Shown here piece after piece: positions 29,226 to 39,443 of a stretch of DNA of 64,000 nucleotides. Position numbers and translations under genes: made by a program. The stretch spans positions 192,001 through 256,000 of the forward strand of contig JBEKXL010000001.1 of NCBI GenBank assembly GCA_049512075.1, read 5' to 3'. This DNA is from Candidatus Bathyarchaeia archaeon (lineage in GTDB: Archaea; Thermoproteota; Bathyarchaeia; Bathyarchaeales; Bathycorpusculaceae). How positions within the stretch are numbered: the stretch's first letter is position 1; each line of letters opens with the position of its first letter. A model generated the notes under the pieces. It was not told where the DNA came from, ran no database searches, and worked only from the letters and a program-made list of their open reading frames with translations.

Positions 29226-29924
29226 ATGCTCGTCCGTGTTGAGGTGAAATTGAGCGTGAATTGGGGGCTAGTGACACTTGCGATGGAGTTTGTGAGCTCT
29301 CTGATAAGCTTCATCCTTGGATACTACGCGTTGAAGGGTTACCGGGCGTCTGGTTCTCGCGGACTCTTCCTTTTATACACGGCGTTCATGGTTCTCGGCA
29401 TCGGCATTTTCCTTCGACTGATAGCCCTGACTTACTTCGCTGTTATCCTTGGAGTTCACGAAGCATCGAGGGCTCAACTGCTCGGCCTTGTCAACCTCAC
29501 CGTGTGAATTTACTCGGTGACTCAGCTTATAGCCTACAGCATCTTTGCGGTTACGTACATCCTGCAGGCGAGGGACCTCGGAAAACAAAGTACCGCTGCA
29601 TTTGCAGTTGCGGCCGCTGCTACCGTTCCCTTCAGTGCAAGCTTGTTCTTCATTCCGCAACTTGAACTTGGGGCTATAACATTGCTTGGCTTCGTAACCG
29701 TCTACTCCTTCATGAACCTGCTTCTGAGGAAGGGCAGCGATGCCACACTGGTGTTTCTTGGCTTTGGCTTCATGATGTTGAGCCATGTGTTCTTCCTACT
29801 GGAAGGATTCAAGAGTGCGTCAACAGCATTCCTGTTTCTGGGGCAGTTAACTCAGCTGACCGGGTTCGTCTGCCTGTTAATTATGCTGGCGAGGGTGAAC
29901 AAAATAAATGTCCCGAGAGCATAA
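29226..29924 (+). pseudogene. Multi-TM membrane protein interrupted by in-frame TGA (29505-29507)
   Basis: Both ORF pieces are in the same frame: NLTV*IYSVTQL. Confidence 0.65.
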
Positions 29925-30198
29925 AGAATACCGCTCTAAGACCCGCATTTACGCCGACATACTAAACTCCATAATGAAACACGGCGGAAAATCCGGGCCA
30001 ACACGTATTCTTTATGGTGCAAACCTCTCATACGACAGGTTGATGAAACACCTCAGCCAGCTCATCGAGCTGGGACTGATTCAAGAGGAAAAAGAAGACG
30101 ACGAAGTCGTTTTCAAACTCAGCGACAAGGGCAGAGCCTTCGTGTTAGAATTCATCAAGGTAGAGAAGTTCGCCGAAGCCTTCGGAATAACCATCTAA
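29908..30198 (+). CDS. Winged-HTH regulator (ArnR1/HTH_45-like)
   Basis: RSKTRIYADIL..TRILYGANLSY..LSDKGR. Confidence 0.85.
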   Translation: MSREHKEYRSKTRIYADILNSIMKHGGKSGPTRILYGANLSYDRLMKHLSQLIELGLIQEEKEDDEVVFKLSDKGRAFVLEFIKVEKFAEAFGITI

Positions 30199-30365
30199 GC
30201 TCTATCGCACGCTACAGCTTTTCGGATGACGCTAAATTCTTATTGGCCATGTTGCCCTAGTAACAGATTTGCTTTAGCGAAGGTGAATTTATAACGTCAG
30301 CAAAAAAAGGATGGAATATCATTTCCCGAAGCTATCAGCGGAAGACGAGAATCTCTCTTGAGGAT

Positions 30366-31118
30366 GTGCATTACGGACCGATTTCAGCTGGAGAGCGGGA
30401 GCTGAAGCTGCTTGGAAAAGTGAAGGATAAAGATGCTCTTGAAGTCGGCTGCGGCGGTGGACAAAACGCTATAGTTCTTGCTAAATGGGGTGCTAGGTCT
30501 GTCGGTCTGGACATTTCTGAAGAACAGATTAAGCATGCCCGGAAACTCGCAAGGAAGGAAAAGGTGAGGGTTCCATTTCACGTTGGCAAAATGGAAGATC
30601 TAGGTGTCTTCAAGGCTGAAAGCTTTGACATTGTGCTCTCCTCATTCGCTGTGGAATATGCAGATGATATTCTGGCAGCTTTTGAGGAAGTCTTCAGGGT
30701 GTTACGGAAAACGGGATTGTTTGTCCTTGCTGTGACACATCCTATTATCGGCAGGGGGAGGACGTCACGTTGTGGAAAGAGAAGAATTTGGTCGGTGAGC
30801 AACTATTTTGACCGACGAAAACGCGTCTGGAAGTGGAAGGTCGAGGATGGTGTGGCTGAATTCCGCGGCCAGCAAGTAACAATTCAAGACTATTTTGACC
30901 TGCTCGGTGAAGCTGGTTTCGCTGTCGAACGAGTCTTGGAGCCCGAGCCGTACCCTATTGATAAAATGAGTGAGGCTGAACTCGCAAAGATTCCTTATTT
31001 GGAAGCTGGATACTTGAAAGATTACGATTTGTGGCAGAAAGTGCCTTACACCATCATTTTCAAAACTAGGAAGAACTTCAAAAGCGCCCACGACGCACTA
31101 GTTGGCGCTCGTAACTGA
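30366..31118 (+). CDS. Class I SAM-dependent methyltransferase (frame open from 30264)
   Basis: LEVGCGGG, GLDIS, FDIV, RVLRKTG. Confidence 0.9.
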   Translation: MHYGPISAGERELKLLGKVKDKDALEVGCGGGQNAIVLAKWGARSVGLDISEEQIKHARKLARKEKVRVPFHVGKMEDLGVFKAESFDIVLSSFAVEYADDILAAFEEVFRVLRKTGLFVLAVTHPIIGRGRTSRCGKRRIWSVSNYFDRRKRVWKWKVEDGVAEFRGQQVTIQDYFDLLGEAGFAVERVLEPEPYPIDKMSEAELAKIPYLEAGYLKDYDLWQKVPYTIIFKTRKNFKSAHDALVGARN

Positions 31119-31252
31119 TAACTGTGCGTCAGTCTGTTTCCAAAAAAAGAGAGCGCACTTGAAAAACGCATTTGATCTTCGGCGTTAACTACAGTTAATC
31201 TTAAATAGGTAAGCTGCACTACCGAACCTGTAAGTCATCTGGTGTAACATGG

Positions 31253-31945
31253 GTGCTGGTTGTCTCAAACATCGAGTTACCGACATACTTGCACGCAATG
31301 AAACCGACCGCGTTCCTGAACTCGTCAATAAAAGATTTTACTCTCAATCTTAACAATGACTACCGCTACTTGAAGACGGGCTACTATGTGTCTGTGCATG
31401 CGGAGGTTCTGGGAAACCGCGTGATTCCCTCAAGTGAGAGCATAATTGACGCCAGCAGAACGCCTATTTTACTGCTTAAAGCTTCAAAGGCCGAGATTCC
31501 AACCTTGCCTTATCTGGTCACCGGATCGGTGAAAAAGATAATCTCAGAACTTGGGTTTCCACTCGTCGTTTTCGCCGTCAACCCATTCTGCTACGACGGT
31601 TTCAGAATCGCCCAGAATAAGAGCGCACTGTACAGGGCCGTCAAGAGCCTAAGCATGAACTATAAGTTCGCTGTCTGCGCCCAGCCGCTTAAGGGTGAAA
31701 TGGTTTCGTTCAAGTCTGTCTTTGGAAAGTGTGAGATGGAGGGGGAGGTCGCAAATATTTCGATGAAGGTTTACGAAGTTTTTCGACTTCCAATATGCAA
31801 GTTACACGTGCAAAACGTTGGAAAAGAAGCGTACCTGTGCGGGCTCCAGCCCTTGAGGATGGAGGAGGTTTTGCCCGCGGATTTGGAAATGGCTAGTGAA
31901 GAGGTTTCTCGCATGTCGAGAAAGGGTGAACACCTAGTTGGCTAG
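31253..31945 (+). CDS. RimK-like ATP-grasp N-terminal (RLAN) domain protein
   Basis: LNLNNDYRYLKTGYYVSVHAE..VIPS. Confidence 0.75.
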   Translation: MLVVSNIELPTYLHAMKPTAFLNSSIKDFTLNLNNDYRYLKTGYYVSVHAEVLGNRVIPSSESIIDASRTPILLLKASKAEIPTLPYLVTGSVKKIISELGFPLVVFAVNPFCYDGFRIAQNKSALYRAVKSLSMNYKFAVCAQPLKGEMVSFKSVFGKCEMEGEVANISMKVYEVFRLPICKLHVQNVGKEAYLCGLQPLRMEEVLPADLEMASEEVSRMSRKGEHLVG

Positions 31946-32816
31946 GATAGCCTGTTTCGTCGAGAAGTACAACTTTTCAGATCAAAGAGAAGCAACTGCC
32001 CTCCAGAACTTCCAACGTACAGCACAGAGAATGGGCCACGAATTCAATTTCATTTTCAGAGAAGGCATACCTGAGATCCCAGAGTACGACGCGGTCTTCA
32101 TAAGAGCCACAACCGACCCACTCTTCACGTCCTACGTGGTTTCCAAGACAGCCTGGGAGCTGGGCAAAAAAGTAATCGATGACCCAGAGTCAATACAGAT
32201 TTGCGGCAACAAGATACACCTGTACGATCTCTTCGAAAAGCACGATGTGCCCCACATCCCAACCGTCTTCCTGAACAAGGAGGACTTGCACCACAAACGA
32301 CTCGTAGAAGTGTTTGAAACCCTCGGAAAACCCATCGTCGTCAAAGCCCCCTACACCAGCTTCTCAAAATACGTGGAAAAGGTCGCGTGCGAAACAAGCT
32401 TCCGCGAGGTAGCCAAAAGATACTTCAGGAAATCCGACATGCTCGCTGTCCAAACATTCATGCCTACAGCCTTCGACTGGAGAGTCGGCGTCCTAAACCG
32501 TAAAACACTATACGTGTGCAAGTACATGATCCCAAAGGGCAGATGGAAACATGGAGCCAAACGCAGAGGCAAACCCACCTTCGTCTGGGGAAGAACCGTC
32601 GCCCTCAAAACAGAAAACGCCCCCTCCAAACTGAAGGAAGTGGCGCTCAAGGCGTGCGACGTCATCGGACACGGACTCTACGGAGTCGACATAAAAGAAT
32701 TCAACGGCAACTACGTTGTAGTGGAAGTCAACGACAACCCCAGCATCTACGCAGGCTACGAAGACTCCCGAAACACGGATCTCTACGGAAAAATCATAGA
32801 ATACCTAGTCGATTAG
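31938..32816 (+). CDS. RimK-family ATP-grasp ligase
   Basis: FIRATT, IDDP.SI..C.NK, FDWRVGVL, GLYGVDIK, EVNDNPSI. Confidence 0.9.
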   Translation: MARIACFVEKYNFSDQREATALQNFQRTAQRMGHEFNFIFREGIPEIPEYDAVFIRATTDPLFTSYVVSKTAWELGKKVIDDPESIQICGNKIHLYDLFEKHDVPHIPTVFLNKEDLHHKRLVEVFETLGKPIVVKAPYTSFSKYVEKVACETSFREVAKRYFRKSDMLAVQTFMPTAFDWRVGVLNRKTLYVCKYMIPKGRWKHGAKRRGKPTFVWGRTVALKTENAPSKLKEVALKACDVIGHGLYGVDIKEFNGNYVVVEVNDNPSIYAGYEDSRNTDLYGKIIEYLVD

Positions 32817-32948
32817 ACTCAACTTGTCCAAGAAGCACCTTATGCGCCAACACGATACTGTCGACCAAAAGCACATAGGTTGACGATGAGCCATCGGCAG
32901 CTGAGATCATGAGGCAAAATGAAGGATTTGATGTTCGTTGAAGCTTAG

Positions 32949-33398
32949 CTAAGGCCACGAGTCATGACAAAATCTGCAAAAAGTGTCCAGCAGAACTGGA
33001 ACAACTCTCTCGGCCTCGATGTAGTAGACTACTGAAGCCGATTGGAGACTCCCTCTTGTTCCCTCTCGAACAATCCCAGTCACCATTACCTCACCAAATT
33101 CATAATTGGCGCTGCTGTTCCAAGCCACTCCGATAGCCCCGTTAGAAATGAGTTCGTAATTCCATGGCGGAGCTTCTTCTGGAATGGATACTACGGGACC
33201 ACTGAAGTTGCCTTCAACCTCAACTCGCCTGTTCACCCATGCATCGGGATTGAGCAGGATTTGGTCTATCGAGACTTTTTGTTGGGCGGGATTGAAAAGG
33301 ACGAGTTCAAAAAAGGCCGCAACTGTGCTTATGGCCAAAGCGGCGCAAACAATCACCAAAACCACCGCTTTCTTTCTCATGTTCCTCACCAAGTACAT
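32949..33398 (-). CDS. Membrane-anchored OB-fold-like hypothetical protein
   Basis: N-terminal TM; SIDQILLNPDAWVNRRVEVEG. Confidence 0.55.
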   Translation of the reverse strand: MYLVRNMRKKAVVLVIVCAALAISTVAAFFELVLFNPAQQKVSIDQILLNPDAWVNRRVEVEGNFSGPVVSIPEEAPPWNYELISNGAIGVAWNSSANYEFGEVMVTGIVREGTRGSLQSASVVYYIEAERVVPVLLDTFCRFCHDSWP

Positions 33399-33503
33399 TC
33401 CAGATTGAACTCACATTTAAGACTTTACTTCATCAGATTTTAAGCATCCGAAAACGCATTGATTTATTAAACCCTAGACATAATTGCTTTCGGAAGTGTC
33501 ATC

Positions 33504-34442
33504 ATGGTTCACATAGCAGTTGCGGGGACTGGCCGCGTTGGTGGAGAAGTCGCCTTCAGCCTAATCTTCGAAAGGTACGTGACAGAACTCTCACTCGTCG
33601 ACAAAGCTCCAAATGTTGCTGAAATGACCAAAGAGGAATTGTGCCATGCCATCGCCAGTCACGGTTTTGACATCAAAATAAACGCATATGACGACGCCAA
33701 GCAGGTGAAAGACGCGGATCTGATAGTGATAGCAGCCGGTTTCCCAAGAACACCTGAAATGAGCAGAAGAGACCTGGCGACGAAGAACGCCGGAATAGTG
33801 AAGTCGATAGTGGAAAACACGCTTGAAAACAACCCTGAAGCCTGGTACTTCGTCATCACCAACCCCGTTGACGCCATGACCACACTAGCCAACAACGCCG
33901 CAGACTACAAAAGACAAATCATAGGAACCGGAACCTGCCTTGAAACCTCGAGATTCAGGACAATAATCAGCAGAGAACTGAACGTCCCAATAGGAACAGT
34001 CGAAGCGTACGTGGGCGGAGAACACGGAGAAGCCGCCGTTCCCCTCTGGAGCCTCGTTAAAATCAACGGCGAACCACTTGAGAACTACCTCAGAAAAACT
34101 TCGAAGACGCTGGACAAGGCCAAGTGCGAGAACTACGTGAAAGAAGTCAGCCGCGAAATAATACGCGTCCTAGGCGGAACAAGATACGGCCCAGCCGGCT
34201 CCTTCATCGAAATAATTCGCGGACTCATGCTAAACACGGGCAAAGTGATGAGCTACTCCAGACAGACCCAGTTCAAGAAGAACACTCCTGAACCCGTATA
34301 CGTCACGGTGCCCGCCAGAATCGCAAAGTCGCTCCGCCCGGACCTCTGGGACATGCTGAGCGAGCCGGAGAAAAAGGCAATCGAAGACGCCGCGGGAGCC
34401 ATCTACAAGACCTACCGTGAAGCTTTCGAGGGACAACATTGA
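33504..34442 (+). CDS. mdh: LDH-like malate dehydrogenase
   Basis: GTGRVG, AGFPR..MSRRDL, ITNPVD, GEHG. Confidence 0.85.
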   Translation: MVHIAVAGTGRVGGEVAFSLIFERYVTELSLVDKAPNVAEMTKEELCHAIASHGFDIKINAYDDAKQVKDADLIVIAAGFPRTPEMSRRDLATKNAGIVKSIVENTLENNPEAWYFVITNPVDAMTTLANNAADYKRQIIGTGTCLETSRFRTIISRELNVPIGTVEAYVGGEHGEAAVPLWSLVKINGEPLENYLRKTSKTLDKAKCENYVKEVSREIIRVLGGTRYGPAGSFIEIIRGLMLNTGKVMSYSRQTQFKKNTPEPVYVTVPARIAKSLRPDLWDMLSEPEKKAIEDAAGAIYKTYREAFEGQH

Positions 34443-35392
34443 TTTGGAAGAACCCAGTTGAGGACTACAGTTTCTCCGACAAAATGTCCGTGGACGAACT
34501 CGTCCTGCAGATGGAAAAAGCCTGGGGATTCACTGCTGGAAAACTGGCCGTGGGCGTGAAAATCCTCGAAGACATGATCAGAGACAAGAAGTGCGTCAAG
34601 TTTCTCTCCTTCACGGGAAACCTCGTGGCCACGGGAGCCCGAGGCGCTTTGAAGGAGTTCGTGAAACAAAAGCTCGTCGACGTTATCGTAACGACCTGTG
34701 GCACACTAGACCATGACGTTGCCCGAAGCTGGAAAGACTACTACAGGGGTTCATTCGTCATGAGCGATGCCAAACTGCACGAAAAAAACATTAACCGCTT
34801 GGGAAACGTTCTTGTTCCGAACGAAAGCTACGGCCTTATCATCGAGAAGAAAATGCAAGGATTACTGCAGAGCCTATGGGAAGAAGGCACCAGAGAGGTT
34901 TCGTCAGCCCAACTGTCCCGCGAGATTGGAAAACGCATCTGCAACGAAAGCTCCATCCTCTACTGGGCAGCTGAGAATGACGTGCCGGTCTTCGTGCCAG
35001 GCATCACCGACGGCGCAGTCGGATACCAGACCTGGCTTTTCTCGCAAGATCACGATTTCAAGCTCAACTTGCTGAAGGACTCCGGACAGCTGAGCGACAT
35101 CGTCTTCTCAGCAAAAAAGACCGGCGCCCTGCTCATAGGCGGCGGAATATCGAAGCATCACACGCTCTGGTGGAACCAGTTCAAAGACGGCCTCAACTAC
35201 GCCGTGTACATAAGCACGGCAGTGGAATGGGACGGCAGCCTTTCTGGCGCTAGGCCCCGGGAAGCAGTTTCATGGGGCAAGATAAACGAGAAAGCCGAGA
35301 AAATCATGATTGAGGGCGACGCTTCACTCATACTGCCCATAATGGTAGGCTCACTATTAGCAAGGGTTGGAAAACCTAGGGAACGTGGCTGA
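34439..35392 (+). CDS. dys: Deoxyhypusine synthase
   Basis: NRLGN, GGGISKHH, DGSLSGARPREAVSWGK. Confidence 0.92.
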   Translation: MIWKNPVEDYSFSDKMSVDELVLQMEKAWGFTAGKLAVGVKILEDMIRDKKCVKFLSFTGNLVATGARGALKEFVKQKLVDVIVTTCGTLDHDVARSWKDYYRGSFVMSDAKLHEKNINRLGNVLVPNESYGLIIEKKMQGLLQSLWEEGTREVSSAQLSREIGKRICNESSILYWAAENDVPVFVPGITDGAVGYQTWLFSQDHDFKLNLLKDSGQLSDIVFSAKKTGALLIGGGISKHHTLWWNQFKDGLNYAVYISTAVEWDGSLSGARPREAVSWGKINEKAEKIMIEGDASLILPIMVGSLLARVGKPRERG

Positions 35393-36437
35393 AGAGCCAC
35401 GAGAGATCCGGCCCTTTCCTCTTCGCCTTCACCCTCTCGTTGAGCGCGTGAGTTATCAGCGGCAAAGCGATCGTCGCGTCACAGTAGCAAACGGCTCTTT
35501 TCCCCGTTGTATCGATTTTCCCCCAGCTTATCGCCTCTTCAAGCGTGCAGCCTGACAAGCCCCCCCACTGCTGCGAATCAGTTGTTATTTGAATCGCATA
35601 ACGGTGTGGATAGTAGTACTCCTTTATCCCCTTGCGCAGGTGACCCTTCCTTCCAGGAACCCCCTCATCCATCGTTTTAGGCGAAACCGAAATGGCCAGC
35701 AGCTGAGTGAAGTCTTTAGGCACGCCGCCGCCTATGTAGATGACGCCCACCTCCTTGGTCTTCTCGCCTATGCCCACGAACTGGTCAAACTCTTTAACCG
35801 CGTCCAGCACGATAGGGTGACCCTCGTTCTTGGCCATCAAGAAAGCCTCGCCATAAGCGCTATCGGTTATTGCCGGACAGAAAACTGGTACATTGTGGGC
35901 TGCTGCCGTTGCGACTATGCTCTTCACGCCTTTCTTGTTCAGGTATTTACCGAACACGTACAGAAGCTCAGCAGAAGTGTAGGGATACGCTTTTTTCAGA
36001 GTCTTGAGACCGTTGGTCATGAGCAACTCCATCTCTCGGTAATCGGTTTCCTTCCCGTAAACGTCGTAGTACCTGTTCACGTCCGCTTTCAAAAGCTTCT
36101 CATCGTCAGCGTAATGCGTGCCCTGCCAGTAGCCGAGCCCCATGGCGTCGACGATGTCCTCCGATACGTTCGCTCCCGTCGAAACAAGAACGTCGATGAA
36201 ACGGTTCTCTATCAACCAATTAACCATTTTCCACTGACCGGCCGTGCTCATCGACCCCGAGAAACCCATGATAATGACCATATCCTTCTCCTTCACCATC
36301 GCTTCCCAAACGTCAACAGCTTCCCCGAGCTTTCTCCCCTGGTAAGCCGTTTCGCTCATTTCAGCCAACAGCTTGGATACGCTCTTCTCTTCAACGTCGA
36401 TGGCTTTTACCTTCCTCTTGAAGTATGAGCTGGACAT
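35376..36437 (-). CDS. Second DHS-like protein (homospermidine-synthase-type clade suspected)
   Basis: VSTGAN, GGGVPKDFTQ, GGLSGCTLEEAISWGK, CDATIALP. Confidence 0.85.
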   Translation of the reverse strand: MSSSYFKRKVKAIDVEEKSVSKLLAEMSETAYQGRKLGEAVDVWEAMVKEKDMVIIMGFSGSMSTAGQWKMVNWLIENRFIDVLVSTGANVSEDIVDAMGLGYWQGTHYADDEKLLKADVNRYYDVYGKETDYREMELLMTNGLKTLKKAYPYTSAELLYVFGKYLNKKGVKSIVATAAAHNVPVFCPAITDSAYGEAFLMAKNEGHPIVLDAVKEFDQFVGIGEKTKEVGVIYIGGGVPKDFTQLLAISVSPKTMDEGVPGRKGHLRKGIKEYYYPHRYAIQITTDSQQWGGLSGCTLEEAISWGKIDTTGKRAVCYCDATIALPLITHALNERVKAKRKGPDLSWLFSHVP

Positions 36438-36548
36438 GCTGAAACCTCTCGTTGTAGATTAAGAGTACAGTATAAGAGATTTTTGATTCCGAGGCTCGCC
36501 CAAGAACGAATACGCTTTCAGCTGTGGCATCGAGAATCAGTACGTACA

Positions 36549-36917
36549 CTAGAGTTTGATCGCTTGCCCTTTCCGCTGTTTCTCCCTGCACTGGTCAAGT
36601 GTTTCTACCGCGCGTCGTATGTGCGGAATCGTGATTGAACCGCCCACTATCAAGGCTACGTTCAGCGCTTCAAGAAGCTCTTCGTCCGAGACTCCTTCTT
36701 GAACGCAGCGGATGACGTGATAAGTGATGCAGTCGTTGCAACGTAAGACAGTGGAAGCGACCAAACCCATCATCTCCTTTGTTTTCACGTCTAGAACGCC
36801 TTTCTCGTACGCGCGACTGTCCAAAGCAAAAAACCGCTTAATCCCAAGGTTTCCAGCAGAAAGAATACGCTCGTTCATCTTTTCACGGTAACGCCTGAAC
36901 TCTTCAAGATCGCTCAA
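36549..36917 (-). CDS. AhpD/carboxymuconolactone decarboxylase family protein
   Basis: KTKEMMGLVAS..RCNDCITYH. Confidence 0.88.
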   Translation of the reverse strand: MSDLEEFRRYREKMNERILSAGNLGIKRFFALDSRAYEKGVLDVKTKEMMGLVASTVLRCNDCITYHVIRCVQEGVSDEELLEALNVALIVGGSITIPHIRRAVETLDQCREKQRKGQAIKL

Positions 36918-37071
36918 AACATTTCACCGATTTCTTTAGCTATGATGACTGCATAAAACACTTTGCACTCTGCCAAACAACCTCAAAATCGGCCTGCGTG
37001 CGCTATGCCTCGTCAGGGGGGGGGGCGTCGTATATGATTGGGTATTATTACCTAGTCCTGGGGTCTCGATT

Positions 37072-37376
37072 ATGAATAGAGGGAAGATTCTCGTAGTAGG
37101 CGGGGCAGGCCTTCTTGGTTCAAGGCTGGTCCGTGCATTACTCAACGGAGAACACAAGGTTAAGGTTCTCGATACAAGGTATGGAGAGCTCGAAGACGTA
37201 AAGCCCCGCGCAAACCTTGGAATTTGTGGGCATAGGAACCGATGAACTGAGCAGAGGAATGGCAGACAAGCAAATTGTCAGAGAAGCGGTTGAAGATGTC
37301 TACGTTGTCTATCATTTGGCAATTAATTGGGATGGTGCAAGCTGGAAACATGAGATTCCTGTCGTAGATTTGTCAA
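37072..37376 (+). pseudogene. NAD-dependent epimerase/SDR, frameshifted and truncated
   Basis: KILVVGGAGLLGSRL..VVYHLA; frameshift near 37215; recognisable part ends at GCGCGCGC 37377-37384. Confidence 0.8.
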
Positions 37377-37390
37377 GCGCGCGCATGTTC

Positions 37391-39355
37391 TCACATTTTT
37401 TCGGGGGCCAAGATGCCTATCAGGTTGAGGGCGTTCCGAAGCGCTATTCGAAGTGCATGTGTCAGGGCGAGTCTTGCGCTGCTTAGTCCTTGCGGTTCGG
37501 CTCTTATCACCGGAAAAGCGTTGTAGAACGTGTTGAACTTGTCTGCCAAGGAGTTTGCGAAGTCGGCGATGAGGTTTGGCTTGAGGTATTCCGCTGCTTC
37601 TATGAACGCGTCTGGGAAGCTGGCCAGTGTCAGGATTATTTCGTGTTCTAGCTTTTCGTTTAGCAGCTCGAAGGCTGGCTCTCCTGTCTTTTCAGCTGCT
37701 TTCTTCAGGATGCTGCATGCTCTGGCGTGGGTGTATTGAATGTAGGGTGCGCTGTTCTTCTCGAAGTTCAGCACTCGGTCCCAGGTGAAAACTACAGGTT
37801 TCGAAATGTCAACTTCGACGAGCGCGTAGCGGACGGCGCCCAAGCCGACAAAGTCAGCGATTTCCTGTTTCTCCTTTTCTGACAGTTGCGGTGAGCGCTT
37901 CGAAACTTCTTCGTAGGCTCGTCTTACAGCTTCGTCCATGACTTCGTCGAGGGTTATGTAACGTCCTCTTCGACTGGACATCTTGTAGCCTGGAAGAGTT
38001 ACCAGGTTGTAGGCGAAGTGAATCAGGTTGTCCGCTATCTTGCCGTAGCCCAGAGCGTGCAAGGCTATTTTCAATTGCAGTTGAGCAAGACTCTGCTCCA
38101 TGCCAATAACGTTGATGACTCTTTCAGCTCTTTCAAACTTCCACAAGGTGTAGGCCGCGTCTCTGGTGGTGTAAAGCGTTGTGCCGTCTGCACGACCCAG
38201 TGTTAAGGGTGGAACTTCGTGGCCTTCTCTTATGCCAAGCTTGGCCCAAAGCCCCTGTTGCGTGACGACCTTTTCAGCGTCGAACTCCAAAACGCCGCCT
38301 TCAGCGTAGGTGTAAGGTGACTGTTTGAGTTTCTGGAAAACCTCGTTCACGTGTCCGCTCCACACAAAGTCGCTCTCCCAGTCCCACGAGTCGAATGAAA
38401 CGTCGATTCTGCCCAGCGTCTCCCTGAACCCTTTCAGGCACATCTCGCTGACCTGTCGGATTAGCTGTTTGGCCTTCTCTTCCTTCAACTCATAAGCCTT
38501 GTTCAATATCTTTATCGATTCTTCAGGATTCTTGTCCTTAACTATTCTATCCAGCAGTTCCTCGAAGAGAGTCGGATACTTGTCTTTCACCTCCGCGGCG
38601 ATGGAAACCCAATCGTCCAGTTCCCTCGTGATTTTGGCGATTTCCTCTGCGGCCGAAACGGTTTTCGCGTTTTCAAGCTCCTTCTTCAGCCGGTTTATTT
38701 CAACGAGGCAACTCGTGATAGTGTAGATTCTGCCGATGAACTGGTCAGGCTTGCCTTCTGGTTTGGGCTTTCCCAGTTTTTCGTAGCCGTAGGCGATGAC
38801 TGAGGTCTGGCGGCCCACATCGTCAATGTAGAAGTGGCGGCTCACTGTGTGTCCTCTGTTTCTGAGCAGGCGAGAAAGGGTGTCGCCGAGCACGGGGTTT
38901 CTGGCTGTTCCGATGGTGAGAGGGTGAAGGGGGTTTGCGCTCGTGTGTTCAACGATGATTTTCAAAGGCTCGTCCGTCTTGACGAAACCGTATCCAGCGT
39001 CCAAGCTTCTGGCAGATTCAAGGGTCAAGGCTGAGAACTTGGCGAAGTCAACATGGAAATTAACGTAGCCTCCTCCTGCAGCGGCAACACTGCTTATCAG
39101 GGAAAACTCGGAAGGGTCTACGGCCTTGGCAAAGCGTTCAGCCAGCGCTAAAGGTTTCTCTCCCAGTTTCTTGGCGAGCTCAAAACACAATGATGAAGCT
39201 AGTTGTCCAAACTCGGGGTTCGGGGGTTTCTCTATCGCTAAGTTGCCGATCTGGATTTCTGGAAACAGCTTCTTGAAAGCATGGGCTAGGCTCTCCTCGC
39301 ACTCTTTTCGGAAAGCTGCGAAAGGGTTCTCTGCAACGGGTGACGCTTTTTTCAT
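37391..39355 (-). CDS. argS: Arginyl-tRNA synthetase
   Basis: VEHTSANP, DDVGRQ, DGTTLYTTRD, KMSSRRG, PYIQYTHAR, PEKM end. Confidence 0.95.
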   Translation of the reverse strand: MKKASPVAENPFAAFRKECEESLAHAFKKLFPEIQIGNLAIEKPPNPEFGQLASSLCFELAKKLGEKPLALAERFAKAVDPSEFSLISSVAAAGGGYVNFHVDFAKFSALTLESARSLDAGYGFVKTDEPLKIIVEHTSANPLHPLTIGTARNPVLGDTLSRLLRNRGHTVSRHFYIDDVGRQTSVIAYGYEKLGKPKPEGKPDQFIGRIYTITSCLVEINRLKKELENAKTVSAAEEIAKITRELDDWVSIAAEVKDKYPTLFEELLDRIVKDKNPEESIKILNKAYELKEEKAKQLIRQVSEMCLKGFRETLGRIDVSFDSWDWESDFVWSGHVNEVFQKLKQSPYTYAEGGVLEFDAEKVVTQQGLWAKLGIREGHEVPPLTLGRADGTTLYTTRDAAYTLWKFERAERVINVIGMEQSLAQLQLKIALHALGYGKIADNLIHFAYNLVTLPGYKMSSRRGRYITLDEVMDEAVRRAYEEVSKRSPQLSEKEKQEIADFVGLGAVRYALVEVDISKPVVFTWDRVLNFEKNSAPYIQYTHARACSILKKAAEKTGEPAFELLNEKLEHEIILTLASFPDAFIEAAEYLKPNLIADFANSLADKFNTFYNAFPVIRAEPQGLSSARLALTHALRIALRNALNLIGILAPEKM

Positions 39356-39443
39356 TTTGTTGAAGGTTCTCCAGCAGTCTAAGAGATGAGGTTATATTTT
39401 AATCTGGAAAATATCAACCTATCTGAAAAATGGGTGCGCGGCT

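Noticed and set aside
29505-29507. Selenocysteine or TGA-to-Trp recoding
   Set aside because: Membrane-helix context, no SECIS recognised, and TGA is used as a normal stop elsewhere.
21900-34400. C/A-rich plus-strand stretches suggesting foreign DNA
   Set aside because: The bias affects housekeeping genes on both strands in complementary fashion, consistent with ordinary strand asymmetry.
35589-36428. 279-aa plus-strand ORF
   Set aside because: Antisense shadow of the DHS-like gene; no motifs. The same applies to most short overlapping ORFs in the track.
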